Assembly: GCA_030390025.1 (NCBI GenBank)
Contig: CM059432.1
Coordinates: 77,748,001 to 77,812,000, forward strand
Direction of reading: 5' to 3'
Length of the DNA: 64,000 nucleotides
Source of the DNA: Squalus acanthias
Taxonomy: Eukaryota
The notes beneath the pieces were generated by a model. It did no database searches and was not told the origin of the DNA. It saw only the letters and a program-made list of their open reading frames with translations. The translations under genes and the position numbers were made by a program. Shown piece by piece: positions 13,220-25,376 of this stretch (its first letter is position 1; each line of letters starts with the position of its first letter).

Positions 13220-16200
13220 TGGGCTTTAGTTTCCTGGATCACTGGGTCTGCTTCTGGGGAAGGTGGGACCTGTACAAGTCGGACAGGTTGCACCTGAACC
13301 GGAACGGGACCAACATCCTTGCGGGGAGGTTTGCTAGTACTGTTGGGGGGGGGGGGTTTAAACTAACTTGGCAGGGGGATGGGATACAGAGTGGAGCTGT
13401 AGTAGGGGGTGATGCATAGCCAAATATAGAGGAAAAAACAAGTCAGCCTGGAAGGCAGAGCAAATATGTAATGGCACAAGGGAGTATGGCAAGGCTGGAT
13501 GGCATTTATTTTAATGCAAGGAGTCTTGCGAGTAAGGCAGATGAATTGAAGGTGTTGATGAACACATGGGAGTATGATATTGTTGCTATCACAGAGACAT
13601 GGTTGAGGGAGGGGCAGGACTGGCAGCTCAATATTCCGGGGTATAGAATCTTCAGGCAAAACAGAGGGGGGTGTAAAAGAGGAGGGGGTGTCGCAATATT
13701 AATCAAGGAGTCAATTACTGCTGTAAGGAGGGATGATATCTCAACAGGTTCTTCTAATGAGGCCATATGGGTAGAACTTAAAAACAAAAAAAGGGGCAAG
13801 CACTTTGCTGGGAGTGTACTATAGGCCCCCAAACAGTCAGGGGGAGATAGAGGAACAGATATGTAGGCAAATCTCAGAGAAGTGTAGAAATAATAGGGTA
13901 ATAATAGTAGGGGATTTCAACTTCCCCAATATTAACTGGGATAGTCAGAGTGTGAAAGGCTTAGAGGGTGCGGAATTCTTAAAGTGCATCCAGGAGAGCT
14001 TTTTGAGCCAGCATGTAGAAAGTCCTACAAGAAAGGGGGTGGTACTGGACCTAATTCTAGGGAATGTAGCCAGGCAAGTGGTAGAAGTGTCAGTAGGAGA
14101 GCATTTTGGTGACAGTGACCATAATTCGGTGAGATTTAAGGTAGTCATGGAAAAGGACAAAGATGGACCGGAAATAAAGGTTCTAAATTGGGGGAAGGCC
14201 AATTTTAATATCTGGCCAAAGTGGACTGGGATCAGCTACTTGTAGGAAAATCCACATCAGAGCAGCGGGAGTCTTTCAGAAAGGAAATAGAGAGTACAAC
14301 GCCAACATGTTCCCGTAAAGGTCAAGGGTGGGACCAACAAACCCAGGGAACCCTGGATGTCAAGGGATATACAAGAATGGATTAGGAAAAAAAGGGATGC
14401 TATTGGCAGATACAAAGAACTAAAAACAGTGGAAGCCCTAGAGGAGTATAGAAAGTGCAGGGGGGTACTTAAAAAAGAAATTAGGAGAGTGAAGAGGGGG
14501 CATGAAAAAACACTGGCGGGCAAAATAAAGGAAAATCCCAAGGTGTTTTATAAGTATATTAAGGGCAAGAGGATAACCAGGGAAAGAGTAGGGCCCATTA
14601 GGGACCAAAGTGGCAATGTGTGTGTAGAGCTGGAAGATGTAGGTGAGGTTTTAAATGAATATTTTGCATCTGTGTTCACTATGGAGAAGGACGATATAGG
14701 CATAGAAATCAGGCAAGGGGATTGTGATATACTTGAACAAATTAGTACAGGAAACTCTTTATTAACCGGCACCGACGGGACCGGCGTGGTGCCGGTTTAT
14801 CGAAAGTACCGGATAACGGAGAGTTATATCTACCGAGGCTATTTTTAACAAAGAAAAATAAATAAATCAAGAAATGTGCAGTATACTTCCGACAGCGCCA
14901 GGAGGCCGAGTAGTGGCACTTTTGAAAACTACCCCTACTGACTAAATTGGCGTTCGCGGACTCGGACTCGGGATCGGCAACATTGCCGGTTATTTGAGGA
15001 GTTTTCGGAGTACTCGGCGTTCGCGGAGACTCGACTGCGACTCGGCAACATTGCCGGTTATTTGAGAGGAGTTTTCGGAGGATGATTTTTGCCGGTTAAG
15101 CGAGAATTCCGGATATTTGGGTGCCGGATAAACAAAAGTTTCCTGTATTGAGAGGGAGGAGGTGCTAGCAGTTTTAGCGGGCTTAAAAGTGGATAAATCC
15201 CCAGGCCCCGACAAGATGTATCCCAGGCTGTTGTGTGAGGCAAGGGAGGAGATTGCAGGGGCTCTGACACAAATTTTCAGAACCTCTCTGGCCACAGGGG
15301 AGGTGACAGAGGACTGGAGAACAGCTAACGTAGTGCCATTATTCAAGAAGGGTAGTAGGGATAAACCAGGGAATTACAGGCCAGTGAGCCTAACATCAGT
15401 GGTAGGGAAATTATTGGAAAAAATTCTGAGGGACAGAATTAGTCTCCACTTGCAGAGGCAAGGATTAATCAAGGATAGTCAGCATAGCTTTGTCAGAGGG
15501 AGATCATGTCTGACCAATTTGATTAAATTTTTCAAGGGGGTGACTAGGTATGTGGATGAGGGTAGTGCAGTTGATGTAGTCTACATGGACTTCAGTAAGG
15601 CTTTTGACAAAGTCCCGCATGGGAGACTGGTCAAGTAAGTAAGAGCCCATGGGATCCAGGGCAATTTGGCAATTGGATCCAAAATTGGCTTAGTGGCAGG
15701 AGGCAGAGGGTGATGGTCGAAGGTTGTTTTTGTGACTGGAAGCCTGTGTCCAGTGGTGTACCGCAGGGATCGGTGCTGGGTCCTTTGCTGTTTGTAGTGT
15801 ACATTAATGATTTAGATATGAATGTAGGAGGTATAATCAGTAAGTTTGCAGATGACACGAAAATTGGTGGAGTGGTAAATAGCGAGGAGGGAAGCCTCAG
15901 GCTACAGGACGATATAGACGGGTTGGTTAGATGGGCAGAACAGTGGCAAATGGAATTTAACCCTGAAAAGTGTGAGGTGATGCATTTTGGGAGGACTAAC
16001 AAGGCAAGGGAATACACAATGAATGGTAGGACCCTAGGAAGGACAGAGGATCAGAGGGACCTTGGTGTGCATGTACATAGATCCCTGAAGGCAGCAGGAC
16101 AGGTAGATAAGGTGGTTAAAAAGGCATATGGGATACTTGCCTTCATTAGCCGAGGCATAGAATATAAGAGCAGGGAGGTTATGATGGAGCTGTACAAAAC

Positions 16201-16755
16201 GCTAGTTAGGCCACAGCTGGAATACTGTGTGCAGTTCTGGTCGCCACACTATAGGAGGGATGTGACTGCATTGGAGAGGGTGCAGAGGAGATTCACCAGG
16301 ATGTTACCTGGGCTGGAGTGCTTCAGCTATGAAGAGAGACTGAACAGGCTGGGGTTGTTTTCCTTAGAGCAGGGAAGGCTGAGGGGGGACCTGATTGAGG
16401 TGTACAAAATTATGAGGGGCATAGCTAGGGTATATAAAAAGGAACTTTTCCCCTTAGTAGAGGGGTCAATAACCAGGGGGCATAGTTTCAAGGTAAGGGG
16501 CAGGAGGTTTAGAGGGGATTTGAGGAAAAACTTTTCCACCCAGAGGGTGGTTGGAATCTGGAACTCACTGCCTGAAAGGGTGGTAGAGGCAGGAACCCTC
16601 AACATTCAAGAAGTATTTAGATGAGCACTTGAAATGCCATAGCATACAAGGCTACGGACCAAGTGCTGGAAAATGGGATTAGAATAGACAGGGCTTGATG
16701 GCCGGTGCAGACACGATGGGCCTCTTTCTGTGCTGTCTAACTCTATGACTCTATG
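13220..16755 (+). mobile_element. CR1 LINE with ORF1 C-terminus, near-complete disrupted ORF2 (APE-RT) and 3' tail
   Basis: ORF1 esterase-like end (WDLYKSDRLHLN). Endonuclease motifs NARSL, ITETW, GDFN, SDH; RT motifs GVPQGSVLGP, FADD. Several frameshifts and stops. Tail CTCTATGACTCTATG. Confidence 0.95.
14748..15145. mobile_element. Tc1/mariner (pogo/Tigger-like) MITE inserted in a CR1
   Basis: TIRs CAGGAAACTCTTTATTAACCGGCACC (22/26 match), TA on both sides, and CR1 sequence rejoins across it. Confidence 0.88.
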
Positions 16756-16789
16756 GGTGTATCATTTAAAATGGTTCAAAAAAAGTTTA

Positions 16790-17245
16790 CGGCACACATG
16801 CTGAACAAGGCAATGCTAAACCTGTACGAGGCCTTAGCTAGGCCACGGTTGGAATACTATGTGCATTTTTAGACATTCCATTATAGGAAGGATATACAAG
16901 CAATGGAAAAATGCAGCATAGATTCACTAGGCTATTACCAGGAATAAATACAGTAATGAAGTTAAGGTTTTTCACTAGAGCTGAGAAGGTTTGAGAGAGA
17001 CCCGGTAAAAGGTCTTGAAGATTTACAAGGGTTATGAAAAGGTAAAGAGCTATAGATTGTTTCCACTAGCTGGCAACATGGTAACAAAAGGGCACAAATT
17101 CTACATAATTACAAAAGGAATTAAAGAGGAAATAAGAAAAAAGTTGCCTTATACAGAATGTGGTTAGATTTTGGAATTCTCCACCACAAACTATCGTTGA
17201 AGCAGAGTCCATAAATTATTTTAGAAGGGATTTAGTCAGTTACTT
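16790..17245 (+). mobile_element. Old CR1 3' fragment
   Basis: Degenerate LYxALxRPxLEY and RFWNS remnants. Confidence 0.75.
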
Positions 17246-18405
17246 GGTTCTCGGGATATGGGCAATGCTGGCAAGGCCACATTTATTACCCATTCCCAGT
17301 TATACTGAGATGGTGGCGGTGGGACTTCTCCTTGACCTGCAGTGCTTGTGCTGATGGTGCTCCCACAATGGTGTTAAGTAGGGAATTCTAGGATATTGAT
17401 CCAGCGATGATGAAAGGATGGCAATACATGTCCAACTCAGAATGGTGTGGGACTTGTAGGTGATGGTGTTCCAATAACATTGCTGCTCTTGTCCTTCTCA
17501 GTGGCAGAGGTCACAGGAGAGGGACGTGCTGTCCTTCTCAGTGGCAGAGGTCACAGGAGAGGGACGTGCTGTCCTTCTCAGTAGCAGAGGTCACAGGAGA
17601 AGGACGTGCTGTCCTTCTCAGTGGCAGAGGGCCGTGCTGTCAAGGTAACTTTGGTGGGTTGCTGCAGTGTGCACGGTGATGGAGCGGGTTGATATTGAAT
17701 CCAGTGGCAGGGATGCCAATCAAACAAACTGCTCTAACCTGAATGGTGTCAAGTTTCTCAAGGGTTGTTCTGGCTAAACCCATCCAGGCAAGTGATGAGC
17801 ATTCCAACACACTCCTGAATTTATAGATGGTGGTAAGGCTTTGAAGGGCCAGGTGAGACACTCATCAAATACCCAGCCTTTGATCTCTGGTAGCTACAGT
17901 ATTGATATGACCAGTCAATGATGAGTCCCAAGATACTGATGGTGGGGGACCCGGCAATGGGGCTGCCATTGAAGGTTGGACTTTCCTTTATTCAAGATGT
18001 GCATTACCAGGCACTCATGTGGTGTCAATGTCATCTGCCACTTGTCAGCCCAAACCTGGATGTTATCCAAGTCTGGCTTAGGGTGCTTATTATTGGAGGA
18101 GTGGAGCTGAACACTGTGGAATCATCAGTAAACAGTCCCACTCCTGACTTTATTAGAGGGAAGATCATTGATGAAGCAGCTGAAGATGGCTGGACTGAGG
18201 TCGATGCCCTGTGGAATTCTTACAGTGAAATCCTAGAACTTCAATGATCAGCCTCTGACAACCACAGCTATCTTCCTTTGTGCCAGGTAGGACTCTAGCC
18301 ACTGGAGGGTTTTTACTTTGACTCTCACTGGCCTCCGTTTGGCTAAGGCTCCTTGGTGCCACTCGGTCAAATGCTGTCTTGATGTCGAGAGTAGCTACTG
18401 TCACT
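17245..18405 (-). mobile_element. Degraded LINE, second CR1-clade family
   Basis: Homologous to 39900-41090; encodes ATLDIKTAFDRV on the minus strand. Confidence 0.8.
17491..17630. repeat. 40-bp tandem repeat, 3.5 copies
   Basis: Unit GTCCTTCTCAGTGGCAGAGGTCACAGGAGAGGGACGTGCT starts at 17491, 17531, 17571 and 17611. Confidence 0.95.
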
Positions 18406-18474
18406 TCTCCTTTATTATAAAGGATATGGGGAATAAGCAACAGGATGGGATTAGACTAGGTGCTGAATTGATAT

Positions 18475-20275
18475 GCCAAAAGTAAGCGTTGGTCCCTTAG
18501 AGGCTGAGACAGGTGAAATTATAATGGGGAATAAGGAAATGGCAGAGACATTAAACAAATATTTTGTATCTGTCTTCACAGTAGAAGACACAAATAGCAG
18601 ACCAAAAATAGTGGGGAACCAAGGGGCTAATAAGAGTGAGGAACTTAAAGTAATTAAGATCAGTAGAGAAAAAGTAAGAGAGAAACTAATGGGATTAAAA
18701 GCCGACAAATCCCCTGGACCTGATGGCCTACATCCTAGGGTTCTAAAAGAGGTGGCTGCAGAGATAGTGGATGCATTGGTTGTGATCTTCCAAAATTCCC
18801 TAGATTCTAGAACGGTCCCAGTGGATTGAAAGGTAGCAAATGTAACCCTGCTATTCAAGAAAGGAGGGAGCGAGAAAACGGCGAACTATAGGCCAGTTAG
18901 CCTGATATCAGTCGTCTGGAAAAAGCTGGACTTCATTATCAAGGAACTGGTAACTGGGCACTTAGAAAATCATAAGATGATTACACAGAGTCAATATGGT
19001 TTTATGAAAGGGAAATCGTGTTTAACAAATTTATTGGAGTTTTTTTGAGGACGTAACTAGCAGGGTAGATAAAGGGGAACCAATGGATGCAGTATATTTG
19101 GATTTCCAAAAGGCATTCAATAAGGTGCCACATAAAAGGTTGCCATGCAAGATAAGGGCTCATGTGGTTGGGGGGTTGGGTAATATATTAGCATGGATAG
19201 AAAATTGGTTAACGGACAGAAAACAGAGAGTAGGGATAAATAGGTCATTTTCCGGTTGGCAGACTGTACCTAGTGGGGTGCCGCAAGGATCAGTGCTTGG
19301 GCCTCAGCTATTCACAATCTATATTAATGACTTTGATGAAGGGACCGAGTGTAATGTATCCAAGTTTGCTGACGATACAAAGCTAGGTGGGAAAGTAAGC
19401 TGTGAGGAGGACACAAAGAGCCTGCAAAGGGATATATTCAGGTTGAGTGAGTGGGCAGATGGAGTATAATGTAGGGAAATGTGAGGTTATTCACTTTGGT
19501 AGGAAAAATAGAAAAACAGAATAATTTTTAAATGGTGAGAAACTATTAAATGTTGGTGTGGAGAGAGATTTAGCTGTCCTCGTACAGGAAACACAGAAAG
19601 TTAGCATGCAGGTACAGCAAGCAACTAGGAAAGCATATTGCATTTTGGCCTTTATTGCAAGTGGGTTGGAGTACAAGAGTAAGGAAGTCTTACTACAATT
19701 GTACAGGGCTTTGGTGAGACCACACCTGGAGTACTGTGCACAGTTTTGGTCTCCTTATCCGAGGAAGGACATACTTGCCTTAGAGGTGGTGCAACGAAGG
19801 GTCACTAGATTGATCCACAGGATGAGAGGGTTGTCCTAATAAGGAGAGAGTGAGTAGATTGGGCCTATACTCTGGAGTTTAGAAGAATGAGAGGTGATCT
19901 CATTGAAACATATAAGATACTGAGGGGGATTGACAGGGTAGATGTTGATTCCCCTGGCTGGAGAGTCTAGAACTAGGGGGCAGAGTCTCAGGATAAGGGG
20001 TCAGCCATTTAAGACTGAGATGAGGAATTTATTCACTCAGAGGGTTGTGAATCTTTGGAATTCTCTACCCCAAAGGGTTGTGGATGCTGAGTCATTGAGT
20101 GTATTCAAGGCTGAGAGAGAGATATTTTGGGAGTCATGGGGAATCAAGGGATATGGAAATCGGGCGGGCAAGTGGAGTTGAAGTCGAAGATCAGCCATGA
20201 TCTTAGTGAATGACAGAGCAGGCTCGAAGAGTCGTATGGCCTACTCCTGCTCCTAATTCGTATGTTCTTATGTTC
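18475..20275 (+). mobile_element. CR1 (HER1-like) LINE, 5'-truncated
   Basis: KSPGPDGLHP, YLDFQKAF, GVPQGSVLGP and FADD motifs; 3' tail TATGTTCTTATGTTC. Confidence 0.95.
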
Positions 20276-20839
20276 AAATGGCTCATATATGTGCTGTAAC
20301 ATTCTATCATTTTATGAGCCTTCAAATTGGCATGTTGTGGTCTAGTTTGTAGAATCCGAAGACTGTAAAGAGTTGTATATAAAATTGTATTTGCTGCACT
20401 GAGGAAAATGTGTACAGCCTGTCTTTATAGATTCAATATTAATGAAAATTGAGATTAGCTCATTGTAACTTCAAACTGGAGCATATTTAAATAGCAGAGG
20501 CTTTTCTAGGAATCCTATAATTTTGTTAGTATTGTTAATTTTTGCAGTAATTACAAAAGAGGGAGTTTTTTTTTTACTGAGAGTAACAATAGATAACCCA
20601 GTTATAAACTTCTGACTCATTTCAGAGCAATGCATCAAAGTGACAATATTCAACAAAGAGCCTGTTTGAATTTTCTCCCTTGTGCTAATAAAGCTCTTAA
20701 TTAACATTAAAGGTTGTGAATCAGACATAAATAGCTGTAAAGGTAATAAATATATACAAGAACTTGAGGTAGGTGCTTAACTTGTACCAGTGATTAATTT
20801 TGAAAATTGAAGTACATTGATCAGATAGTTGCCACTTAC

Positions 20840-21001
20840 CAATAGTGCAGAGTAAACAACTTGAGGATTTGGGTGATCTAGAAACAGGATCAATCCAGGC
20901 AGACATCCCTGATCCTGGACAATCGCTCGTCTGTTTAAGGGGTCAGATGCTAAATCTTGCAGCTGGTTTACTACTGCTAGTGCATCAGGCTCCCCACTCA
21001 T
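20840..21001 (-). CDS. ARMC1: ARMC1 first coding exon (54 codons; whole exon 21053-20840)
   Basis: Translates [54 protein letters not shown], matching the vertebrate ARMC1 N-terminus. Acceptor ttattttatttttacag precedes 21053; donor TTG|gtaagt follows 20840; phase 0. Confidence 0.96.
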
Positions 21002-21339
21002 TGTGCCACCATCCACTATGCCATATGTTTTAAGCAATTTTCTCAATAATGCACTGTAAAAATAAAATAAGCATGAATTAGACCATTAACAGGTTCAATA
21101 TTAATATTTGGTCAAATTTGACAGATCATTTATTTAAATCCCTTCAATAACCAATTAAATTCATACTTAAGCCATTAATGTAGGCAACATTCTGGTTGAT
21201 AATGAGGCACAGTTTTGCATGTTACTGTATATTTTCAAGTAAATGTCATTTGCAGTATCAGATACAAGTGCAATTTTGCACTTACTGTGCAAAGTACTAA
21301 ACCTAGGGTGAAGCAACAAGGTCTACACTGCAGGAAAAC

Positions 21340-21495
21340 ACCTTAAAACCTACCTCTTTCACCAAGCTTTTGGTCACCTGTCCCAATATCTCTATGTGGC
21401 TTGGTGTCAAATTGTGTTTGATAATCGCTCCTGTGAAACACCTTGGGATGTTTTTACTACGTTAAAGGTGCTATATAAATGCAAGTTGTTGTTGT
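21340..21495 (+). mobile_element. L2-like LINE 3' tail
   Basis: CTTAAAACCTACCTCTTT...AAAGGTGCTATATAAATGCAAG(TTG)n, shared with the other L2 copies here. Confidence 0.75.
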
Positions 21496-21757
21496 GTGAT
21501 TCTAGGATCATATCCAAGGCCACTGGGGTTTATGATCTTCATGGAAAAATGGCTAGAACTGCAGCAAAGATCTGGGAATCCCATGTAATACAGAATTTGA
21601 TTTATTAATTCATTCACCATAAACCAATGGCCCTGATCATATTCTCCAGAAATAATAAAACTATAAAGATTACACACCACAAAACTCAACACATTGCAAC
21701 TACAATAAATTCACAAGTAACGAAAAAAATCTTTCCTGTCAAACATGCCTATTACTA

Positions 21758-21959
21758 TAGTCAAGATGTGGAGATGCAGGTGTTGGACTGGGGTGGACAA
21801 ATGTGAGAATTCGCACAACACCAGGTTATAGTCCAACAGCTTTATTTGAAATCACAAGCTTTCCCAGCGCTGCTCCTTCGTCAGGTCACCTGCCGAAAGC
21901 TTGTGATTTCAAATAAAGCTGTTGGACTAGAACCTGGTGTTGTGCGACTTCTCACATTT
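21758..21959. mobile_element. Miniature inverted Penelope-type pLTR remnant of a second family (65-bp hairpin)
   Basis: Arms 21799-21863 and 21895-21959 differ at 2 positions. The minus strand reads CTGACGA-aggagcagcgctgg-GAAAGCTT, a degenerate hammerhead. Outer duplication TATTACTA at 21750-21757 and 25449-25456. Confidence 0.7.
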
Positions 21960-22059
21960 ATTCGATAGCAAAATACTGCGGATGCTGGAAATCCGAAATA
22001 ACAACAGAAAACGCTGGAAAAACTCAGCAGACCAGGCAGCATCCGTGGAGAGAGAAAGA

Positions 22060-22098
22060 GAGTTAACGTTTCAGGTCGATGACCTTTCATCAGAACTG
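22060..22098 (-). ncRNA. Minimal hammerhead ribozyme motif (inverted-arm copy)
   Basis: Exact reverse complement of 25338-25376. Confidence 0.8.
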
Positions 22099-22801
22099 GG
22101 AAGAGCCGGAAATCAAATAGATTTAAGGCCAGGGTAAAGCTGGGAAAAGGGGGAGGGGATAAAGGAACAAAGGGGGAGATGAAGAGACATTAAGAGACAT
22201 TAAGAGATATGCAAGGCTAGAGGTGGTGTTAATGTGACAGATTAAGGCTGAATGAAGTGTGAAATCCACTGGCAGAATGAAGGACAGCTGCCAGCTTCTA
22301 GGAGGAAAAAAAAAAGGTGGGGGGGGGACAAATAAAAATAAAATATAAATGTGATTGGAGCTGAGGTTATGATCTAAAATTGTTGAACTCGATATTGAGC
22401 CCAGAGGGCTGTAGCGTGCCTAAACGAAAGATGAGGTGCTGTTCCTCGAGCTTACGCTGCGCTTCCGTGGAACAGTGTAATAGGCCGAGGACGGTGAGGT
22501 CAGAGTGGGAGTGAAGCGGTGAATTAAAGTGACAGGCCACCGGGAGCTCGGGGTCCCCCTTACGGACTGAACGGAGGTGTTCCGCAAAGCGGTCACCCAA
22601 TCTGCGTTTGGTCTCCCCAATGTAGAGGAGTCCACATCGTGAGCAGCGAATACAGTACACTAAATTGCAGGAAGTACAAGTAAATCGCTGTTTCACCTGG
22701 AAGGGGTGTTTGGGGCCCTGGACAGTGGGAAGAGGGGAGGTATAAGGGCATGTGTTGCATCTCCTGCGCGTGCACGGGAAGGTGCCGGGCGAAGGGGAAG
22801 G

Positions 22802-25080
22802 CTTCAACAACTCTTGGACACTAAAGCCCCTCCGGAACCTTCTTCCCCTTCACTTTCCTCTGACCCCCCTTCTCCCAATCTCACCCCCTGCCGCGTTTTC
22901 ACTATCCCCTCTGACCTTCCCCTCTCTGACTCCGAACGATCAGTCCTCAGCAAAGGCCTGAGCTTCATCCCCTTACGCCCCCATCTCAATGAATTTCGAG
23001 CTCGGCACGATGCTGAGCTCTTTTTCCGCCGCCTCCGTCTCCGTGCCCACTTCTCTGGCCAGGAGTCTTCCCCCCGCACGGCTGACCCTTTCTCCCGCTT
23101 TCAGAATTCTCATTCCACCTGGACCCCTCCCTCTGGCCTCTTACCCTCTCTTGATCTTTTCATTGCTAACTGCCGCCGTGACATCGGCCAGCTCAATTTC
23201 TCTGCTCCCCTCACTCACTCCAACCTACCTCCCTCTGAACTTGCAGCACTCCATTCTCTCTGATCCAACCCTGACATTGTCATTAAACCTGCTGACAAGG
23301 GTGGCGCTGTTGTTGTTTGGCGAACCGACCTCTACCTAGCGGAAGTTGAACGCCAACTCTCTGACACCTCCTCCTACCTCCACCTGGACCATGACCCCAC
23401 TACCGAACATCAAGCCACCGTGTCCAAGACTGTCACTGACCTCATCTCCTCTGGAGATCTTCCCCCCACGGCCGCCAACCTCATAGTTCCCCAACCCCGC
23501 ACAGCCCGCTTCTACCTCCTTCCCAAGATCCACAAACAGGACTGCCCCGGTAGACCCATCGTTTCAGCCTGTTCTTGCCCCACGGAACTTATCTCTTCCT
23601 ATCTCGACTCTATTTTTTCTCCCCTTGTCCAGTCTCTTCCCACCTACATCCGCGACTCTTCCGATGCCCTCCGCCATTTTAACAGTTTCCCGGCCCCAAC
23701 CGTCTCCTCTTCACTATGGACGTACAATCCCTCTACACCTCCATTCCCCACCAGGATGGCCTGAGGGCGCTCCGCTTCTTCCTTGAACAGAGGCCCAACC
23801 AGTCCCCATCCACCACCACCCTCCTCCGCCTGGCTGAACTTGTTCTCACATTGAACAACTTCTCCTTTGACTCTACCCATTTCCTCCAAATTAAAGGTGT
23901 TGCTATGAGTACCCGCATGGGTCCTAGCTATGCCTGCCTTTTCGTGGGATATGTGGAACACTCTTTGTTCCAGTCGTACTCGGGTCCCCTCCCTCACCTC
24001 TTTTTCCGGTACATTGATGACTGTATCGGTGCCGTCTCCTGCTCTCGCCCTGAACTAGAACATTTCATTCACTATGCTTCCAATTTCCACCCTTCCCTCA
24101 CCTTCACATGGTCCATCAATGACTCTTCCCTTCCCTTCCTCGACTTCTCCATCTCCATCTCTGGGGATAGGTTATTGACTAACATTCACTACAAGCCCAC
24201 TGACTCCCACAGCTACCTGGACTACACTTCCTCCCACCCCGCCTCCTGTAAGGACTCTATTCCATTCTCCCAGTTTCTCCGTCTCCGCCGCATCTGCTCT
24301 GATGATGCCACCTTCCATACCAGTGCTTCTGACATGTCTTCCTTTTTCCTCAACCGAGGATTCCCCTCTACCGTGGTCGACACGGCCCTCGACCGTGTCC
24401 GTTCTATCTCCCGCACTTCTGCCCTCACCCCTGCCCCTCCCTCCCGGAACCACGATAGGGTTCCCCTTGTCCTCACCTTTCACCTCACCAGCCTCCACAT
24501 TCAACGGATCATCCTCCGCCATTTCCGCCACCTCCAGCGTGATCCCACCACCAAACACATCTTCCCCTCACCTCCCCTTTCAGCATTCCGTAGGGACCGC
24601 TCCCTCCGCGACACCCTAGTCTACTCCTCTACCACCCCCAGCACCCCTTCCCCTTCGCCCGGCACCTTCCCGTGCACGCGCAGGAGATGCAACACATGCC
24701 CTTATACCTCCCCTCTTCCCACTGTCCAGGGCCCCAAACACCCCTTCCAGGTGAAACAGCGATTTACTTGTACTTCCTGCAATTTAGTGTACTGTATTCG
24801 CTGCTCACGATGTGGACTCCTCTACATTGGGGAGACCAAACGCAGATTGGGTGACCGCTTTGCGGAACACCTCCGTTCAGTCCGTAAGGGGGACCCCGAG
24901 CTCCCGGTGGCCTGTCACTTTAATTCACCGCTTCACTCCCACTCTGACCTCACCGTCCTCGGCCTATTACACTGTTCCACGGAAGCGCAGCGTAAGCTCG
25001 AGGAACAGCACCTCATCTTTCGTTTAGGCACTCTACAACCCTCTGGACTCAACATAGAGTTCAACAATTTCAGATCATAA
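22802..25080 (+). pseudogene. Penelope RT-GIY-YIG ORF, 5'-truncated with two lesions
   Basis: TGA at 23261-23263 (probable CGA>TGA; the frame continues as SNPDIVIKPADKGG) and one frameshift near 23685. Open from 23716 to 25080 (454 aa). Confidence 0.9.
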
Positions 25081-25337
25081 CCTCAGCTCCAATCACATTT
25101 ATATTTTATTTTTATTTGTCCCCCCCCCACCTTTTTTTTTCCTCCTAGAAGCTGGCAGCTGTCCTTCATTCTGCCAGTGGATTTCACACTTCATTCAGCC
25201 TTAATCTGTCACATTAACACCACCTCTAGCCTTGCATATCTCTTAATGTCTCTTCATCTCCCCCTTTGTTCCTTTATCCCCTCCCCCTTTTCCCAGCTTT
25301 ACCCTGGCCTTAAATCTATTTGATTTCCGGCTCTTCC

Positions 25338-25376
25338 CAGTTCTGATGAAAGGTCATCGACCTGAAACGTTAACTC
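25338..25376 (+). ncRNA. Minimal type I hammerhead ribozyme motif in the Penelope pLTR
   Basis: AGTT-CTGATGA-a-AGGTC atc GACCT-GAAA-CGTT-AACT: conserved core boxes, a 5-bp stem II, stem I AGTT/AACT, and palindromic ACGT in place of stem III. Confidence 0.8.

Noticed and set aside
15710-16624. 304-aa RT ORF (and the 357-aa ORF at 39603-40676) as functional genes
   Set aside because: Both are fragments of LINE ORF2 with upstream stops, frameshifts, insertions or deletions.
17491-17630. CRISPR-like array
   Set aside because: Head-to-tail tandem units with no unique spacers and no cas genes, in eukaryotic DNA.
21002-21046. N-terminal extension of ARMC1 shown in the ORF track
   Set aside because: It starts at TTG, not ATG; homology begins at MSGEPD (21001).
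22367-22810. Stand-alone 147-aa GIY-YIG nuclease gene on the minus strand
   Set aside because: It is the inverted duplicate of the Penelope ORF 3' end, and its start is a non-ATG codon created at the junction.
23716-25080. RT plus nuclease read as a retron or novel defence system
   Set aside because: The motifs and vertebrate intronic context identify a Penelope-like retroelement.
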